Shown in pieces: positions 29,310-40,600 of a DNA stretch of 64,000 nucleotides (its first letter is position 1; each line of letters begins with the position of its first letter). Source of the stretch: an uncultured Verrucomicrobiae bacterium (GTDB lineage: Bacteria; Verrucomicrobiota; Verrucomicrobiia; Limisphaerales; UBA11358); assembly GCA_963845665.1 (NCBI GenBank), contig CAWJTA010000004.1, forward strand, positions 64,428 to 128,427, read 5' to 3'. The notes beneath the pieces were generated by a model. It did no database searches and was not told the origin of the DNA. It saw nothing but the letters and a program-made list of their open reading frames with translations. The position numbers were made by a program, and so were the translations under genes.

Positions 29310-32015
29310 GTGAACGTCGAAACACCAAAAGAAATTTACAGTTCGCGTCCCGCCAGCCGGTCTTATACGAATGGCAATGGCGATAAATGGGATGAATCTC
29401 TGAAGTCGGTAATCGAGTTGGCCCTCGAAAATCAAGGTCCGGAGCGAACGGCCAAATTCTTGGAAAGACTGGCAAACCAATTGCGCATCGCCCCACGTCC
29501 GTCGGCGGGCGCGACCACGCCTTACGTTAATACTATTCTCCCGGAAGAGCAGCCGAAATACCCTGGAAACCGGGAAATCGAACGTCGCATCAAGAGCCTC
29601 ATGCGGTGGAACGCCATGGCGATGGTTGTGAAGGCCAATTCGACCACCAATGTCGGCGGGCATATCTCCACGTACGCGTCGTCGGCTACGCTTTACGAGG
29701 TCGGTTACAACCATTTCTTCCGGGGCGCAACTGAAAATTTCCCGGGTGACCTCATTTTCTTTCAGGGCCATGCCTCGCCTGGGATGTATGCGCGGGCGTT
29801 TTTGGAAGGGCGTTTGAACGAGCAACATCTGCAGAATTTCCGGCAGGAATTGGCGCCGGGCGGCGGGCTTTCATCGTATCCGCACCCCTATTTGATGCCC
29901 GATTTTTGGCAATTTCCCACGGTTTCGATGGGGTTGGGGCCGATTGTTTCGCTCTATCAGGCGCGATTCAACCGCTATATGCAGGCGCGCGGGCTGGTGC
30001 GTTGGCAGGAAGAACCGAAGGTTTGGGCGTTCCTGGGCGATGGTGAATCCGATGAACCCGAGACGTTGGGCGCCATCACGCTGGGCGCGCGCGAAAATCT
30101 CGACAACCTCATCTGGGTCATTAACTGTAATTTACAGCGCCTGGACGGCCCGGTTCGCGGCAACGGAAAAATCATCCAGGAACTGGAAGGGCTCTTCCGT
30201 GGCGCGGGCTGGAACGTCATCAAAGTCATCTGGGGCAGCAATTGGGATGAGCTCTTTGCCCGGGACAAATCCGGTTTGTTGCTCAAACGCATGGAGGAAT
30301 GCGTTGACGGCGATTTCCAAAAGTATTCGGTCGAACCCGGCAGCTATACCCGCAAACATTTCTTTGGGAAATATCCTGAATTGCTGGCGTTGGTGAATCA
30401 TCTGACTGACGAGCAAATTCATAAACTACTGCGCGGCGGCCATGATCCGCTCAAGGTCTACACGGCTTACAAGGCCGCAGTGTCCCACAAGGGCCAGCCC
30501 ACCGTCATCCTTGCAAAGACGGTAAAAGGCTACGGCCTGGGCGAAGCCGGCGAAGGACGCAACATCACCCATCAGCAGAAAAAGCTGAATGAAAAAGAAT
30601 TGCGCGAGTTTCGACGCCGTTTTGAAATCCCTATTACTGACGACGTAATCGCCGAGACGCCATTTTATCGGCCGGCCCCGGAGAGCGCGGAGACGAAGTA
30701 CATGCTGGAACGGCGAAAAGTGCTCGGCGGATTTTTGCCGGCGCGAATCGTCAAACCGTCGACTTTAAAAGTTCCGCCGCTCGAAGAATTCTCCCGGCTG
30801 CTCAAGGCCGATAATTCTGGAGAAGTATCTACGACCAAGGCGTTTACAATGCTGCTGGGCGCGCTTGTCCGGGACCGGGACGTTGGACGTAATATTGTGC
30901 CCATTATTCCAGACGAAGCCCGGACTTTTGGTCTGGACGGTCTTTTCAAAGAAATTGGCATTTATTCCTCCAAAGGCCAGCTCTACGAACCAGTAGACAA
31001 GGCATCGTTGCTTTATTATCACGAAGCCAAAGACGGCCAGATCCTCGAGGAAGGCATCACTGAATCAGGCTCCATGTCATCGTTCATCTCGGCCGGGACC
31101 AGCTTCGCGTCGCTCGGTGTTCCGATGATTCCGTTCTATATTTACTATTCCATGTTCGGCCCGCAACGTGTTGGCGATTTGTTCTGGCTGGCTGGCGATA
31201 TTCGGGCCAAAGGCTTCCTGCTTGGGGCGACCGCCGGGCGCACGACGTTGAACGGCGAGGGTTTGCAGCATCAGGACGGCCATAGCCTCCTGCACTCGGG
31301 CACCGTCCCGACCTGTTTGCCATATGATCCGGCATTCGGCTACGAACTGGCGGTCATCGTTGTGGACGGCATGCGCCGCATGTTCGTGGAAAACGAAGAC
31401 ATTTTCTACTACATCTCTCTTTACAACGAGAACCACGCCATGCCGGCAATGCCGGAAGGTTGTACCGAGGGCATTTTAAAGGGCCTTTATAAGTTCAAAA
31501 CCGGTCCGGAAGGCAAAAAAGCGAGGGCCCACATTTTCGGGAGCGGTCCCATCATCAATTCCGCTTTGCGCGCCCAGGAAATTTTGGCCGAACGTTATGA
31601 TGTTTGCGCCGATGTCTGGAGCGCAACCAGTTACAAACTGTTGCGCAACGACGCGATTCGCTGCCAGCGTTGGAACATGCTCCATCCGACGGAGCCACCC
31701 AAAAAATCCTACGTTGAAAATCTCCTGGCGAAAGAGCAGGGGACATTCGTCGCTGTTTCGGACAATGTCCGCACTGTGCCCGACCAAATTTCACCCTGGG
31801 TTCCCGGCGGCTTGTTCACGCTCGGTACCGACGGCTTCGGCCGCAGCGATACCCGAGCCCGATTGCGCCGGTTTTTCGAAGTAGACGCCGAAAGCACAGT
31901 AATCGGGACTCTGTACGCCCTGGCCGAAAAAGGTCAGATCGGCCGCGAAATCGTCGCCAAGGCCATCAAAGACCTAGGCGTAGACCCGGAAAAAGTCCAT
32001 CCTCAATTGGTCTAG
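29310..32015 (+). CDS. aceE: Pyruvate dehydrogenase E1, homodimeric type
   Basis: GGHISTYAS, QGHASPG, SSYPHP, PTVSMGLGP, GDGESDEPE, NLQRLDGP, GLQHQDG, DGFGRSD. Confidence 0.95.
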   Translation: MNVETPKEIYSSRPASRSYTNGNGDKWDESLKSVIELALENQGPERTAKFLERLANQLRIAPRPSAGATTPYVNTILPEEQPKYPGNREIERRIKSLMRWNAMAMVVKANSTTNVGGHISTYASSATLYEVGYNHFFRGATENFPGDLIFFQGHASPGMYARAFLEGRLNEQHLQNFRQELAPGGGLSSYPHPYLMPDFWQFPTVSMGLGPIVSLYQARFNRYMQARGLVRWQEEPKVWAFLGDGESDEPETLGAITLGARENLDNLIWVINCNLQRLDGPVRGNGKIIQELEGLFRGAGWNVIKVIWGSNWDELFARDKSGLLLKRMEECVDGDFQKYSVEPGSYTRKHFFGKYPELLALVNHLTDEQIHKLLRGGHDPLKVYTAYKAAVSHKGQPTVILAKTVKGYGLGEAGEGRNITHQQKKLNEKELREFRRRFEIPITDDVIAETPFYRPAPESAETKYMLERRKVLGGFLPARIVKPSTLKVPPLEEFSRLLKADNSGEVSTTKAFTMLLGALVRDRDVGRNIVPIIPDEARTFGLDGLFKEIGIYSSKGQLYEPVDKASLLYYHEAKDGQILEEGITESGSMSSFISAGTSFASLGVPMIPFYIYYSMFGPQRVGDLFWLAGDIRAKGFLLGATAGRTTLNGEGLQHQDGHSLLHSGTVPTCLPYDPAFGYELAVIVVDGMRRMFVENEDIFYYISLYNENHAMPAMPEGCTEGILKGLYKFKTGPEGKKARAHIFGSGPIINSALRAQEILAERYDVCADVWSATSYKLLRNDAIRCQRWNMLHPTEPPKKSYVENLLAKEQGTFVAVSDNVRTVPDQISPWVPGGLFTLGTDGFGRSDTRARLRRFFEVDAESTVIGTLYALAEKGQIGREIVAKAIKDLGVDPEKVHPQLV

Positions 32016-32165
32016 CCGGGAATCATTCTCATCGTCATCCTCATCCTCGACGGGGAAAGGTGCGCTCAATTCGCCGCATAGCGTATAGGTCCTATACCAC
32101 CTATATGTCTTATTATGTCCCAGCGGACGCGCTCCTCCGGATCAGTCCACAAATCCAACCATCCG

Positions 32166-33020
32166 TCATGCCGTTCGTGCGACGGTGCCAACCAGCTTTC
32201 GTAAATTGGCCTCGATGCGGTTCAGATAAAAGTTTGGTCCGTCGGGATAAGGATTATTCAGAAAAAGGTGCATGCCCGCGAAGTCGCGCTCTAATTTTTC
32301 ACGCACGTGGTTTTTCCAAAAGAGCGGGGTTTTGCTCATCAAATCTTCCACGCTGGAAAACCCGCCAAAAAAGCGCGCCTGACTTTTGCCTGAGGCCGCC
32401 GCCTCGGCAAATTCTTCGTAAAGCGCCGGAAGTTTTTCCACGTAATCCTCGGCGGCCATCTGGCCGACCAAATCCGCCGCGCCCAATGCCAGACCGGTGA
32501 CTTCTTCCATCTCGCTTTGGAAGGGGATGGCGGTCAGGACTGCGTCCACCCCGGTGCAGCGGATCATATTTTGGACCGCCCAAATGTCTTCGCCGGTGAA
32601 TTTCTTCTTCGTGAGCAGCCGCGCGGCAAATTCCATGCTTCGGTTCACATGAGTCGCCGTATATTTTGCGCCGGTTCCCTGGGTATCATCCCGTTTTTTG
32701 AGGTAACCAGTGTCGTGCAACAGGATAGCCAGCAGGCCAAGTTCGAAATACTTTTGCGTCAACGCCGGCTTGGCCCCCGCACAATGGCGTCCGTACAATA
32801 TCCGTCCCATACAGAGCGTGCCTTGAAGAGTGTGTTCAAAATCGTGATAGTGCGTGTCAACGGGTTGGTAGTCTTCGAAATAACCAGTGAAACAGTCAAT
32901 AACCCAGCCGAATGCCTGCGGAACGAAAAAGTGGCCCGCCCCTGGAAAGATGCTCTGGTAACGGTCCTGGATTTCACTGGCCACAGCCAACGGGTCGTGA
33001 GTCAATAAGGTCTGATTCAC
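32166..33020 (-). CDS. HD-domain metal-dependent phosphohydrolase
   Basis: YHD..HT, LLHDTG, H, ADL metal-ligand pattern; start uncertain (GTG 33020 chosen). Confidence 0.7.
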   Translation of the reverse strand: MNQTLLTHDPLAVASEIQDRYQSIFPGAGHFFVPQAFGWVIDCFTGYFEDYQPVDTHYHDFEHTLQGTLCMGRILYGRHCAGAKPALTQKYFELGLLAILLHDTGYLKKRDDTQGTGAKYTATHVNRSMEFAARLLTKKKFTGEDIWAVQNMIRCTGVDAVLTAIPFQSEMEEVTGLALGAADLVGQMAAEDYVEKLPALYEEFAEAAASGKSQARFFGGFSSVEDLMSKTPLFWKNHVREKLERDFAGMHLFLNNPYPDGPNFYLNRIEANLRKLVGTVARTA

Positions 33021-33164
33021 GCGCTTAATATACGAGGGTTTGGCGAATTTTCCATATTTTGATTTGCGATTTGCGATTCGCCGGCCATCAGCCAAAACTC
33101 CAATTCCGTTATTGAATTAATCGTGCGTTGCATGGGTCACTGTTGCATGTTTAATGCAGAGAAA

Positions 33165-33377
33165 ATGAACGAGCTCGGAAAATTCCTGGTGGTCGTTGGC
33201 CTGTTAATTGCCGTTGCCGGGGCAGTCCTTTGGTCGGGCTTTGGCCGAAGTTGGCTCGGCCGTTTGCCCGGCGACATTCAATTCTCCAGGGGCAATTTCC
33301 ATTTTTATTTTCCAATTGTCACTTGCCTCCTGTTAAGCATTCTGCTGACCGTGATACTGTGGCTGCTGAGAAAATAA
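33165..33377 (+). CDS. DUF2905-family small membrane protein
   Basis: LGRLPGDI...FYFPI..CLL.S motif. Confidence 0.8.
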   Translation: MNELGKFLVVVGLLIAVAGAVLWSGFGRSWLGRLPGDIQFSRGNFHFYFPIVTCLLLSILLTVILWLLRK

Positions 33378-33555
33378 TGTTCGCCGGTTCGACATTGACA
33401 ACGGCCGCAGGATAGGGTATTCATTTGGCTGGCGTTCGCAATCATCCTGGTCGAACAATGCCGGAAGGTTTTCCCAAAGTAACCGTCACTACGGCAGGGG
33501 TGTTTCCATTTCTACGAATGGAATCGGAATCGATGTGGGCGACCGCCAGAAAATC

Positions 33556-36235
33556 ATGCGCCTTTCCAAATTCATACCCGGCGGCAGCTTCAATGCCCGC
33601 GAGTTTTCCAGTTCTTTGATGTTTTTTTCAGGAGAGTTCGGCCTTCGCCTTTGGCGCCGTTTGTTTGCGATCCTTCCTCTGCTTCTGCTGGCGGTTCCCG
33701 CCGTCGTCCGGGCAGATTATACGGCGACGATTAATCCCAATTCGATTCTGGTGAATAATTATCAAGGCTGGGGCACGTCGCTCTGTTGGTGGGCCAATGT
33801 CGTTGGGGGTTATCCCAACCGCACTAATTTTGTTAACATGGCCTTTAGCCAACTCAAGTTGAACATCGCCCGTTACAATATCGGCGGCGGCGAGAATCCG
33901 GCCAGTCCAGTTGCCAACCAGGGTTATCGCACCATTATGCAGGGATTCGAGCCAACCAATGGGATTTGGAACTGGAATGCGGACGCCAATCAGCGCTGGG
34001 TTTTGCAGCAAGCCAGGGCTCGGGGGGTGAACCTCGTAGATGCTTTCGCAAATTCCCCACCCTGGTGGATGTGCGTCAACAGTAATGTGGTTGGCAACGC
34101 CAGCCACACCAACAATCTTCAGGTGGACTGTGAAGTGCCATTCGCCGTCTATCTGGCCACTGTGGTGAGCAATCTGACCGTGCTGGATGGCGACCATTTC
34201 AATTATGTGACGCCCATGAACGAGCCGAATGGCTCGGAGTGGTATAACGGCAGTCCATCCCAGGAAGGCTGCAACATGAGTCCCGCCATGCAATCGGTTG
34301 TCGTCGGTGATTTGTACTCCCAACTCCAAACCATCGCGCCCTCGGTAGGAATTGATGCTGCCGAGGACGTTGATCCATATCAGAGCTGGAACGATCTTAA
34401 TAGCTACGCCTCAGCCTCTCTGAGCGATGTTTCATTGCTCTCAACGCATACCTATTCGTTCACAGGCGCGTCCGATATGACAGAGTGAAGCGAGTTCACA
34501 AAATAAACCACTGTGGGTCACCGAGTACGGCGATTCTGACGGCTCGGGAATGACCATGGCACGCTACATTTACAATGGCATCGACAGCATGAGGGCGCGG
34601 GCATGGTGTTACTGGCAGGTGATAGACAGCGCCAGCGGTTGGGGCTTTCTCCTCAATTCGCTCCTGGCCCCGACCAATTCCAGCTACACCACCAATTATA
34701 CCATCAACGAAAAATTTTACGTCATGGGTCAGTTTAGCGAATTTATCCGGCCCGGCTGCAACATCGTCTCAGTCAACGACACCAACACGCTGGCTGCCTG
34801 GAACCCGGCCAATTCGACGCTCGTGTTGGTATTGGTCAACAACAATACCAGCGGCTTCAATGTTTCCTACAATTTAAACGATTTTCCGTCCGAACCGTGG
34901 CAGGTTTCCATCACACAAACGGCTTCTGGAAAGAATATGGCCGCGCTGGCGTCGCCGTTGGTGGTGAACGGACAATTCACCGAGGCCATTCCAGCCAGTT
35001 CAGTCACGACCTTTGTCCTGACTACGAATGTTTACCCGCCCCAAATCACAGGCCAGTCGCCCTCAAGTTTTACAAACCTCACACTGTACGCGGGAGAAAC
35101 ACCTACCTTTTCAATTTCAGTCCAGGGCAGCGTTCCGCTTTATTATCAATGGTCGAGCAACGGCGTACCGATGGCCGGCGCCACCAGCGCGACTTACTTG
35201 CCATCGGTCATTGCTTCAGGTGGTTCTGCATCGTTCCAATGTGTTGTGAGCAACGTCGCCGGTCTGGCGACGAACTCGTGGTCGGTCACTGTTGTTCCGG
35301 CGCCGGTTATGTCCTATCCGCATGCGGCCCTGGCTCTGAATCCCATCGGCTTTTGGCCACTGAACGAACCGCAACAGAGCGCCGGCAACGATGGCGTCAT
35401 TGCCGAAGATTATGTGGGTGGCAATAATGGAATTTATACGAACGTACTGCTTGGCCAGATGAGTTATAATACGTTGACAGATCCCTCGGCCACTTCGGCA
35501 CGCTTTGGCTATGTGGCTGCTGCAAACAGTTGCGCCTATAATATTACGGGCCCGGATTTTTCATTGCCGAACGGTTCGAACGCCGAGTTCACTGTTTCGG
35601 CATGGGTAATTTCAACGGGCAACAATGGGCTCAATACACCAACGATCGCGGCTAAGGGTTATTACAATCAGGAAGAATACGCCCTGGATGCCGGCGCTTC
35701 CGATTGCTACCGGTTCACAGTCCGCAACGCCGCGGGCACGGCCTATAACGCAAGCTCAATCCTGTCCCTCAGCAGCAGCGGCCAATGGTATCACCTGGTG
35801 GGCGTATGCAATGAGGCGATTGGTGTAGTCCAGCTATATACGAATGCCGTGCTGGCCGCCAGCGTGGCGATACCCACCTCCAGCGGCATCACCAATTCCT
35901 CAGAAACACCCATGACGATCGGTTGCCGGGCGAGCACGGCTTCCTCGGGCTTTAACCAGCAATTCCCGGGGTACATCGCGAACGTGGCCATTTACAAATA
36001 TCCGTTGACCGCGGCCCAGGTCCAAACGCTCTACCAATCGGGCATTTCGCTGTCGCCGTCCGGGCTCGCGTTCACGAACCTCAACGGCAACGCGACGGGT
36101 TTGAATTGGAATTACGGTGTCCTGCAAACTGCCACAAATATTGCCGGACCGTTCAACGACGCTACCAACGTCACTCCACCGTACGTGATACCGTTCACAA
36201 ATGCTCAGCAGTTCTTCCGTATTCGGCAGAATTAG
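33556..36235 (+). CDS. GH30 glycoside hydrolase (endo-beta-1,6-galactanase-like) + Ig-like + LamG domain; split by one frameshift near 34480
   Basis: GWGTSLCWWAN, RYNIGGG, acid/base PMNEP in the first frame; nucleophile LWVTEYG in the second frame, open from 34481; LamG W.HLVGV; start uncertain. Confidence 0.8.
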
Positions 36236-36256
36236 CGACTGGAACTAAGGCGCACT

Positions 36257-37126
36257 CTAATCTCCAGCCGCTGCCGCCACAAATTCCTTCACCACGCCCG
36301 CTCCATTTTTCCACGCCGCGCCGACGGGAATCAGTTCCGGCGCCGGTTCCAGCGGCACTAAATTCACACGCGGCCCGGCTATGCTTTGCACGCATTGAGG
36401 CACGAGGGCGACACCGCGCCCGGATTCGACAGCGGCGATAATGCTGGTGACGCCGTCGTGTTCCTCGACGATTTGTGGCTTCTGCTTGCCGAACAACCGC
36501 CCCAGCATCTCGTGGTATTCGGGATAATCCCCCCGGCTGTAGGCGATGAGCGGTTCGCCGGCGAGTTGGTCGAAATTAACCGTTTTGGACGCGGCCAACG
36601 GATGTTTTAGCGGCAGCGCCACGCAGATCGGGTAACGCGCCAGTTCCTTAAATTTCAGGCCCCGCAGCATCTTGCGCGGCGGGTGTACCATCAGCGCCAC
36701 GTGCAATTTCCCCGCGCGAAGTCCTGCGAGCATTTCTTCCGTAGACAAATCATGCAGCGACACGCGGGCACGGGGAAATTTTGATTGAAACGCCCGAAGC
36801 GCTTTCGGCAATATTTGAATGGTCAGCGACGGCGCATAGCCGACATGAATTTCCGCACCCGCCCCGATGGCAACGGCCCGGGCATTTTTGACGGCTTCAT
36901 CCACCCGTAGCAAAACCGCTCGCGCCTCGTCCAAAAACTTTCGCCCTGCATCGGTTAGCTTCAGCGCTTTCGCGCTGCGTTCGAAAAGCGGGAAGCCGAT
37001 TTCATCCTCAAGGTCGTGGATTTGGCGGCTGACGCCCGGCTGCGAGACATGCAGTTTCAGCGCCGCGCGCGAAACATTTTCCTGCTCAGCCGCTGCGACG
37101 AAATAACGGAGGTGGCGCAGTTCCAT
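36257..37126 (-). CDS. LysR-family transcriptional regulator
   Basis: MELRHLRYFVAAAE..NVSRAA..LHVSQP HTH, LT.AG, substrate-binding domain. Confidence 0.93.
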   Translation of the reverse strand: MELRHLRYFVAAAEQENVSRAALKLHVSQPGVSRQIHDLEDEIGFPLFERSAKALKLTDAGRKFLDEARAVLLRVDEAVKNARAVAIGAGAEIHVGYAPSLTIQILPKALRAFQSKFPRARVSLHDLSTEEMLAGLRAGKLHVALMVHPPRKMLRGLKFKELARYPICVALPLKHPLAASKTVNFDQLAGEPLIAYSRGDYPEYHEMLGRLFGKQKPQIVEEHDGVTSIIAAVESGRGVALVPQCVQSIAGPRVNLVPLEPAPELIPVGAAWKNGAGVVKEFVAAAAGD

Positions 37127-37133
37127 CGCGATT

Positions 37134-37544
37134 CTAAAGCCCAAGGTCGCTGCGATCTTTTTTGTGCAACCGTCTTGCGATGTCCGCCAGGGCTGTCATG
37201 TACGCTTTAAACTGGCCGCGCGGGACGAGGAATAGAAATACCAGATTGACCGGTTCGCCTTTCTGGGCGCTAAAACGAATCCCCTGGCGCGAACGTCCAA
37301 TAATCCCCACGAGTTCCGGAACCAAATTGGTCAAGGCATGTGGTACCGCGATGCCAAACCCGGCTCCGGTCGTCATTGACATCTCACGCTTTTTGACTGC
37401 GTCCGCAATCGCGCGCTTATCGTCCGATTTAATCTTCTGATGCGTTACAAGGTGATCGAGCAACTCGTCAATCGCCTCCGAGCGCTCCTGCGCGCGCAGG
37501 TCGACGACTATCCGTTTGGGCCCTAAAAAATCATTCAAGTCCAT
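37134..37544 (-). CDS. Stand-alone PTS EIIA (Ntr/fructose-mannitol type) domain protein
   Basis: RE..MTTG.G.GIAVPHA with the phospho-acceptor His; V.LVFL. Confidence 0.85.
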   Translation of the reverse strand: MDLNDFLGPKRIVVDLRAQERSEAIDELLDHLVTHQKIKSDDKRAIADAVKKREMSMTTGAGFGIAVPHALTNLVPELVGIIGRSRQGIRFSAQKGEPVNLVFLFLVPRGQFKAYMTALADIARRLHKKDRSDLGL

Positions 37545-37649
37545 CCAACTATTCTGCTGATTTTGTCCGTTCTGTCTAAATAATTCTCGCGATTTGGCTT
37601 TCCGGGACCAAATTCATCAATCCTGAAATCCGATAAGCCATTCGTTCCG

Positions 37650-40600
37650 CTATGGTGTTACCGTAACTGTCTGTGTCTGCGTCCTGTACTGCAATCCACT
37701 GAACGTTTGAACGACTGCATAAAACGGATGCGCCCCCTGCCAAAAATTAGTTCCTGCAACCTGGAAGGTCGCCGCGGATTCATTCGTTACCGTGGCGAAC
37801 GGTCCGCCGGTGCTGAACAAAGTGATCAGGCTCACATTATTGGTATTGGCGTTCACCAAAATTTGGAACGACCCGCCAACCGGCACCGTGTTGGTCACGC
37901 CGAGCACCGTCAATGTCGCGTTCAAGGAGCTGTTTTGAATTTGGACGGGCAGGCTCGTTTGAGTTTCGGTTCGAACGTCAGTGCCTTCGTAAGCCACGGC
38001 GGTCAACACATGGTAGCCGTCAGAAAGGTTCGTCGTTGCCAGGGGAAACGTCAGTGCGAGTCGGCTTGCTCCAGCGGTAACATAAAGATGATTGCGAGGT
38101 TCGAGGTTGGAGAGGTTCTGTGTCAGCGGCCCCTGTGTTAGCGGCCCCTGGGGCGGCTTGATCATATAGACATTCGCGGAGCACTGTGGTTGAACTTGAA
38201 TTTGAGCCGCTGCCAGGCCTGGGCTCCGGGCATAGATATTGAAAGTCAGCCAGGTTGAATTCAGTACGAAATCCTCGGCTTGCGCGCCGTCGTTTCCCTG
38301 CAAAGCCGGGCTGGCGTTAATGGCATTGTACACCTGACTGGCTAGCGCGGCTGCATTTCCTCCGGGCTGATTTGTGATGGCAATGGTAACGACCTGGCCA
38401 TTGGTTTTGGTAAACGTAAACTGCATCCAGGCACTCGTGGTAAACGCATTGCTGATGCTATAGACATTATACCCCTGCACTCCTACCGCCTGTGATGCTA
38501 CGAACTGAGGCTGGGCGGCGCTCAAAAACGTTGAAAGGCCTGTATTGCTTCCTGAAGCGCTCGTCGTGGTTGTTTGGATTTCTCCGATGGCGAAATTCGT
38601 TGTCAGCGGAGTCCATTGGCCGGCGTTGGTCGAAACCCCGACACTAAACGGCAACGAGGCGTTGCTGACGCGCAACAGGGTAAGGTTCGTTGCGACATTC
38701 GACACACTAAGCGCGGGGGCTGGCGTAGGAATCAGAAAGGCTCGATAGAATCGGAAGGGGGAATCTGCAGAATTGGTGTCTTCAAATTCCACGGTGCCGC
38801 CGGCCTGGTTCGTAAAAATGGAAATCCAGTCAACCAAATTGGTCGAGTTTTGAACGACCCATGGTTCACTTGGCGTGCCCGAAACCTGCATTCGAAAGGC
38901 CCCCCCGACCATGAGGGGCGCCGATACCTGTGGAGGTCCTGGCGCCGGCCAGGACATCTGATAAAACCGGGTTGGAAAGTTCGTGGAACCCCAATCGGTA
39001 AAATTCAACACCCCCGGAGTGTCATTCGTAAAAATGGGCTGCCAACTTAATAAATTTGTCGAGGCCCGGACCACATACGGGAGTGCGGTGGGAATGTCTA
39101 CGGTCATCGTATAGGCGCCGCTTCGATTCCGCGAACCCGCCATCATTTCCGGTGGAAAGGTATCCGGCAAATATTTGACACTGTATGAAGGGGCAGGGGC
39201 GCTGCCGGAAGTATTGACAGCCACGTAAAAAGGTACGGTGGCTGGATTCGTGGCGGTGCATTCCAGTTGAATCCGGTCGCCATAAGGTGTGCCTGTGATT
39301 TGCGTCGCCGCGCTGGCCGCGTTAATTGAAGCGGCCAGACCGCTGGCCACCGTGCTCAAAGTCGCATTTTGAGGGATGGTATAGGTGATTGGATAACCGC
39401 TTACAGTTGCGGTTATCACATTGCCGGCTGCAGGAGGAATGTTGGTCAGCGTAGTGAAATAGACCCCGTCAACGAATAAATCCATCTGTTGGAGGGGGCG
39501 GCCGGAGTCGTGAGCATTGAGATTCACAGATAGGTTCGTCGTGCCGCTTAAAACGGCGTTTAGGAGGTTCGTACCCCATTGTCCGTTGCCGGTCCGGGCA
39601 AATGGCGCGGCCAGAGGCTCGCCAACAATAAGACCCAGGAACGGTGCGTTAATACTTTGATAATAGGCTTCAGCCAAATCAAAGCCCCGAGCCTGATAAA
39701 AATATACCAGCGGATTCGGAAATTTTTGCGTGTCATCGTCCGGCTCGGTTACCGTGCCATAACTGCCCGCTGCCCCGCCGTCAATAAAGGCCAGCTCACT
39801 GGTTTGGCCGGTGTTCTCGAATATGATGCCGCCGTACGATGTCAGGCTGTCTGCGATGGCGCCCGGAGCGAATATTGCCTGAGGCACACTGAAATCGGCC
39901 AAACCCGTTTCATAACCCGTGCAGGGCGTTGGCCACCACACCGAATCCGTATTCGTCCGAAGGATTGAGGAAACCCCGAGAATGTTCACGTTAAAGATGG
40001 CATTGTCGAAGTACACGTACCGGATGTTGCGATCGATGTCCGAACTCTTGGCCAGAATGACGGGTTGCTGTGGGAATGTCCCATCGCTGGCGACCCCCTG
40101 GTTTACCAGTTGCTCTGCCTGCGCGAGCGAATCGCCAGTAATCATAGTTGTCAGAAACGAATAACCAGGCGAACCCACCAGCGGGGCGGCCTGGCTGAAG
40201 ATTCCCTCACTGGCAGCGTAACTGTTGGTGACTCCCAGCGGATCAGTTCCATTGCCCAGCCTTAATCCGTAGAGTAAGGCCGATGTTGTGCCGTTGACCG
40301 TGGAGCCGTCGCTGGTCTGAAATGGAATGTCCATCGAAAGGACAACCAAATCAACCTGCCTGGTCAACTGCCGCGCGGCGAGCATGTTCAGAAGGGGTGT
40401 GACCAGAGTGGTTTGCAGGTCATTGCTGCCCCAGAGGGTGTTGCCGCCGGTCCAATTGATATAGAGGACATTTTGCGGAGGTATCTGGCGCTGCTGGCAA
40501 TAGTAATTAGCCAGTTGACATGAGTTTGAACTGTCCTGGTTGACGACCACTACAGTGTTTAACCCGCTGCCTCCCGCGTGTAGTTTAAGCGTTGCGAGGG

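Noticed and set aside
29262-29828. 188-aa ORF antisense to aceE, and similar antisense ORFs over rmlB, ubiA, GH20 and others
   Set aside because: Shadow frames of strongly supported genes in GC-rich DNA, with no motifs of their own
34470-34490. Programmed ribosomal frameshift in GH30
   Set aside because: No slippery heptamer or downstream structure, and similar indels elsewhere suggest a technical cause
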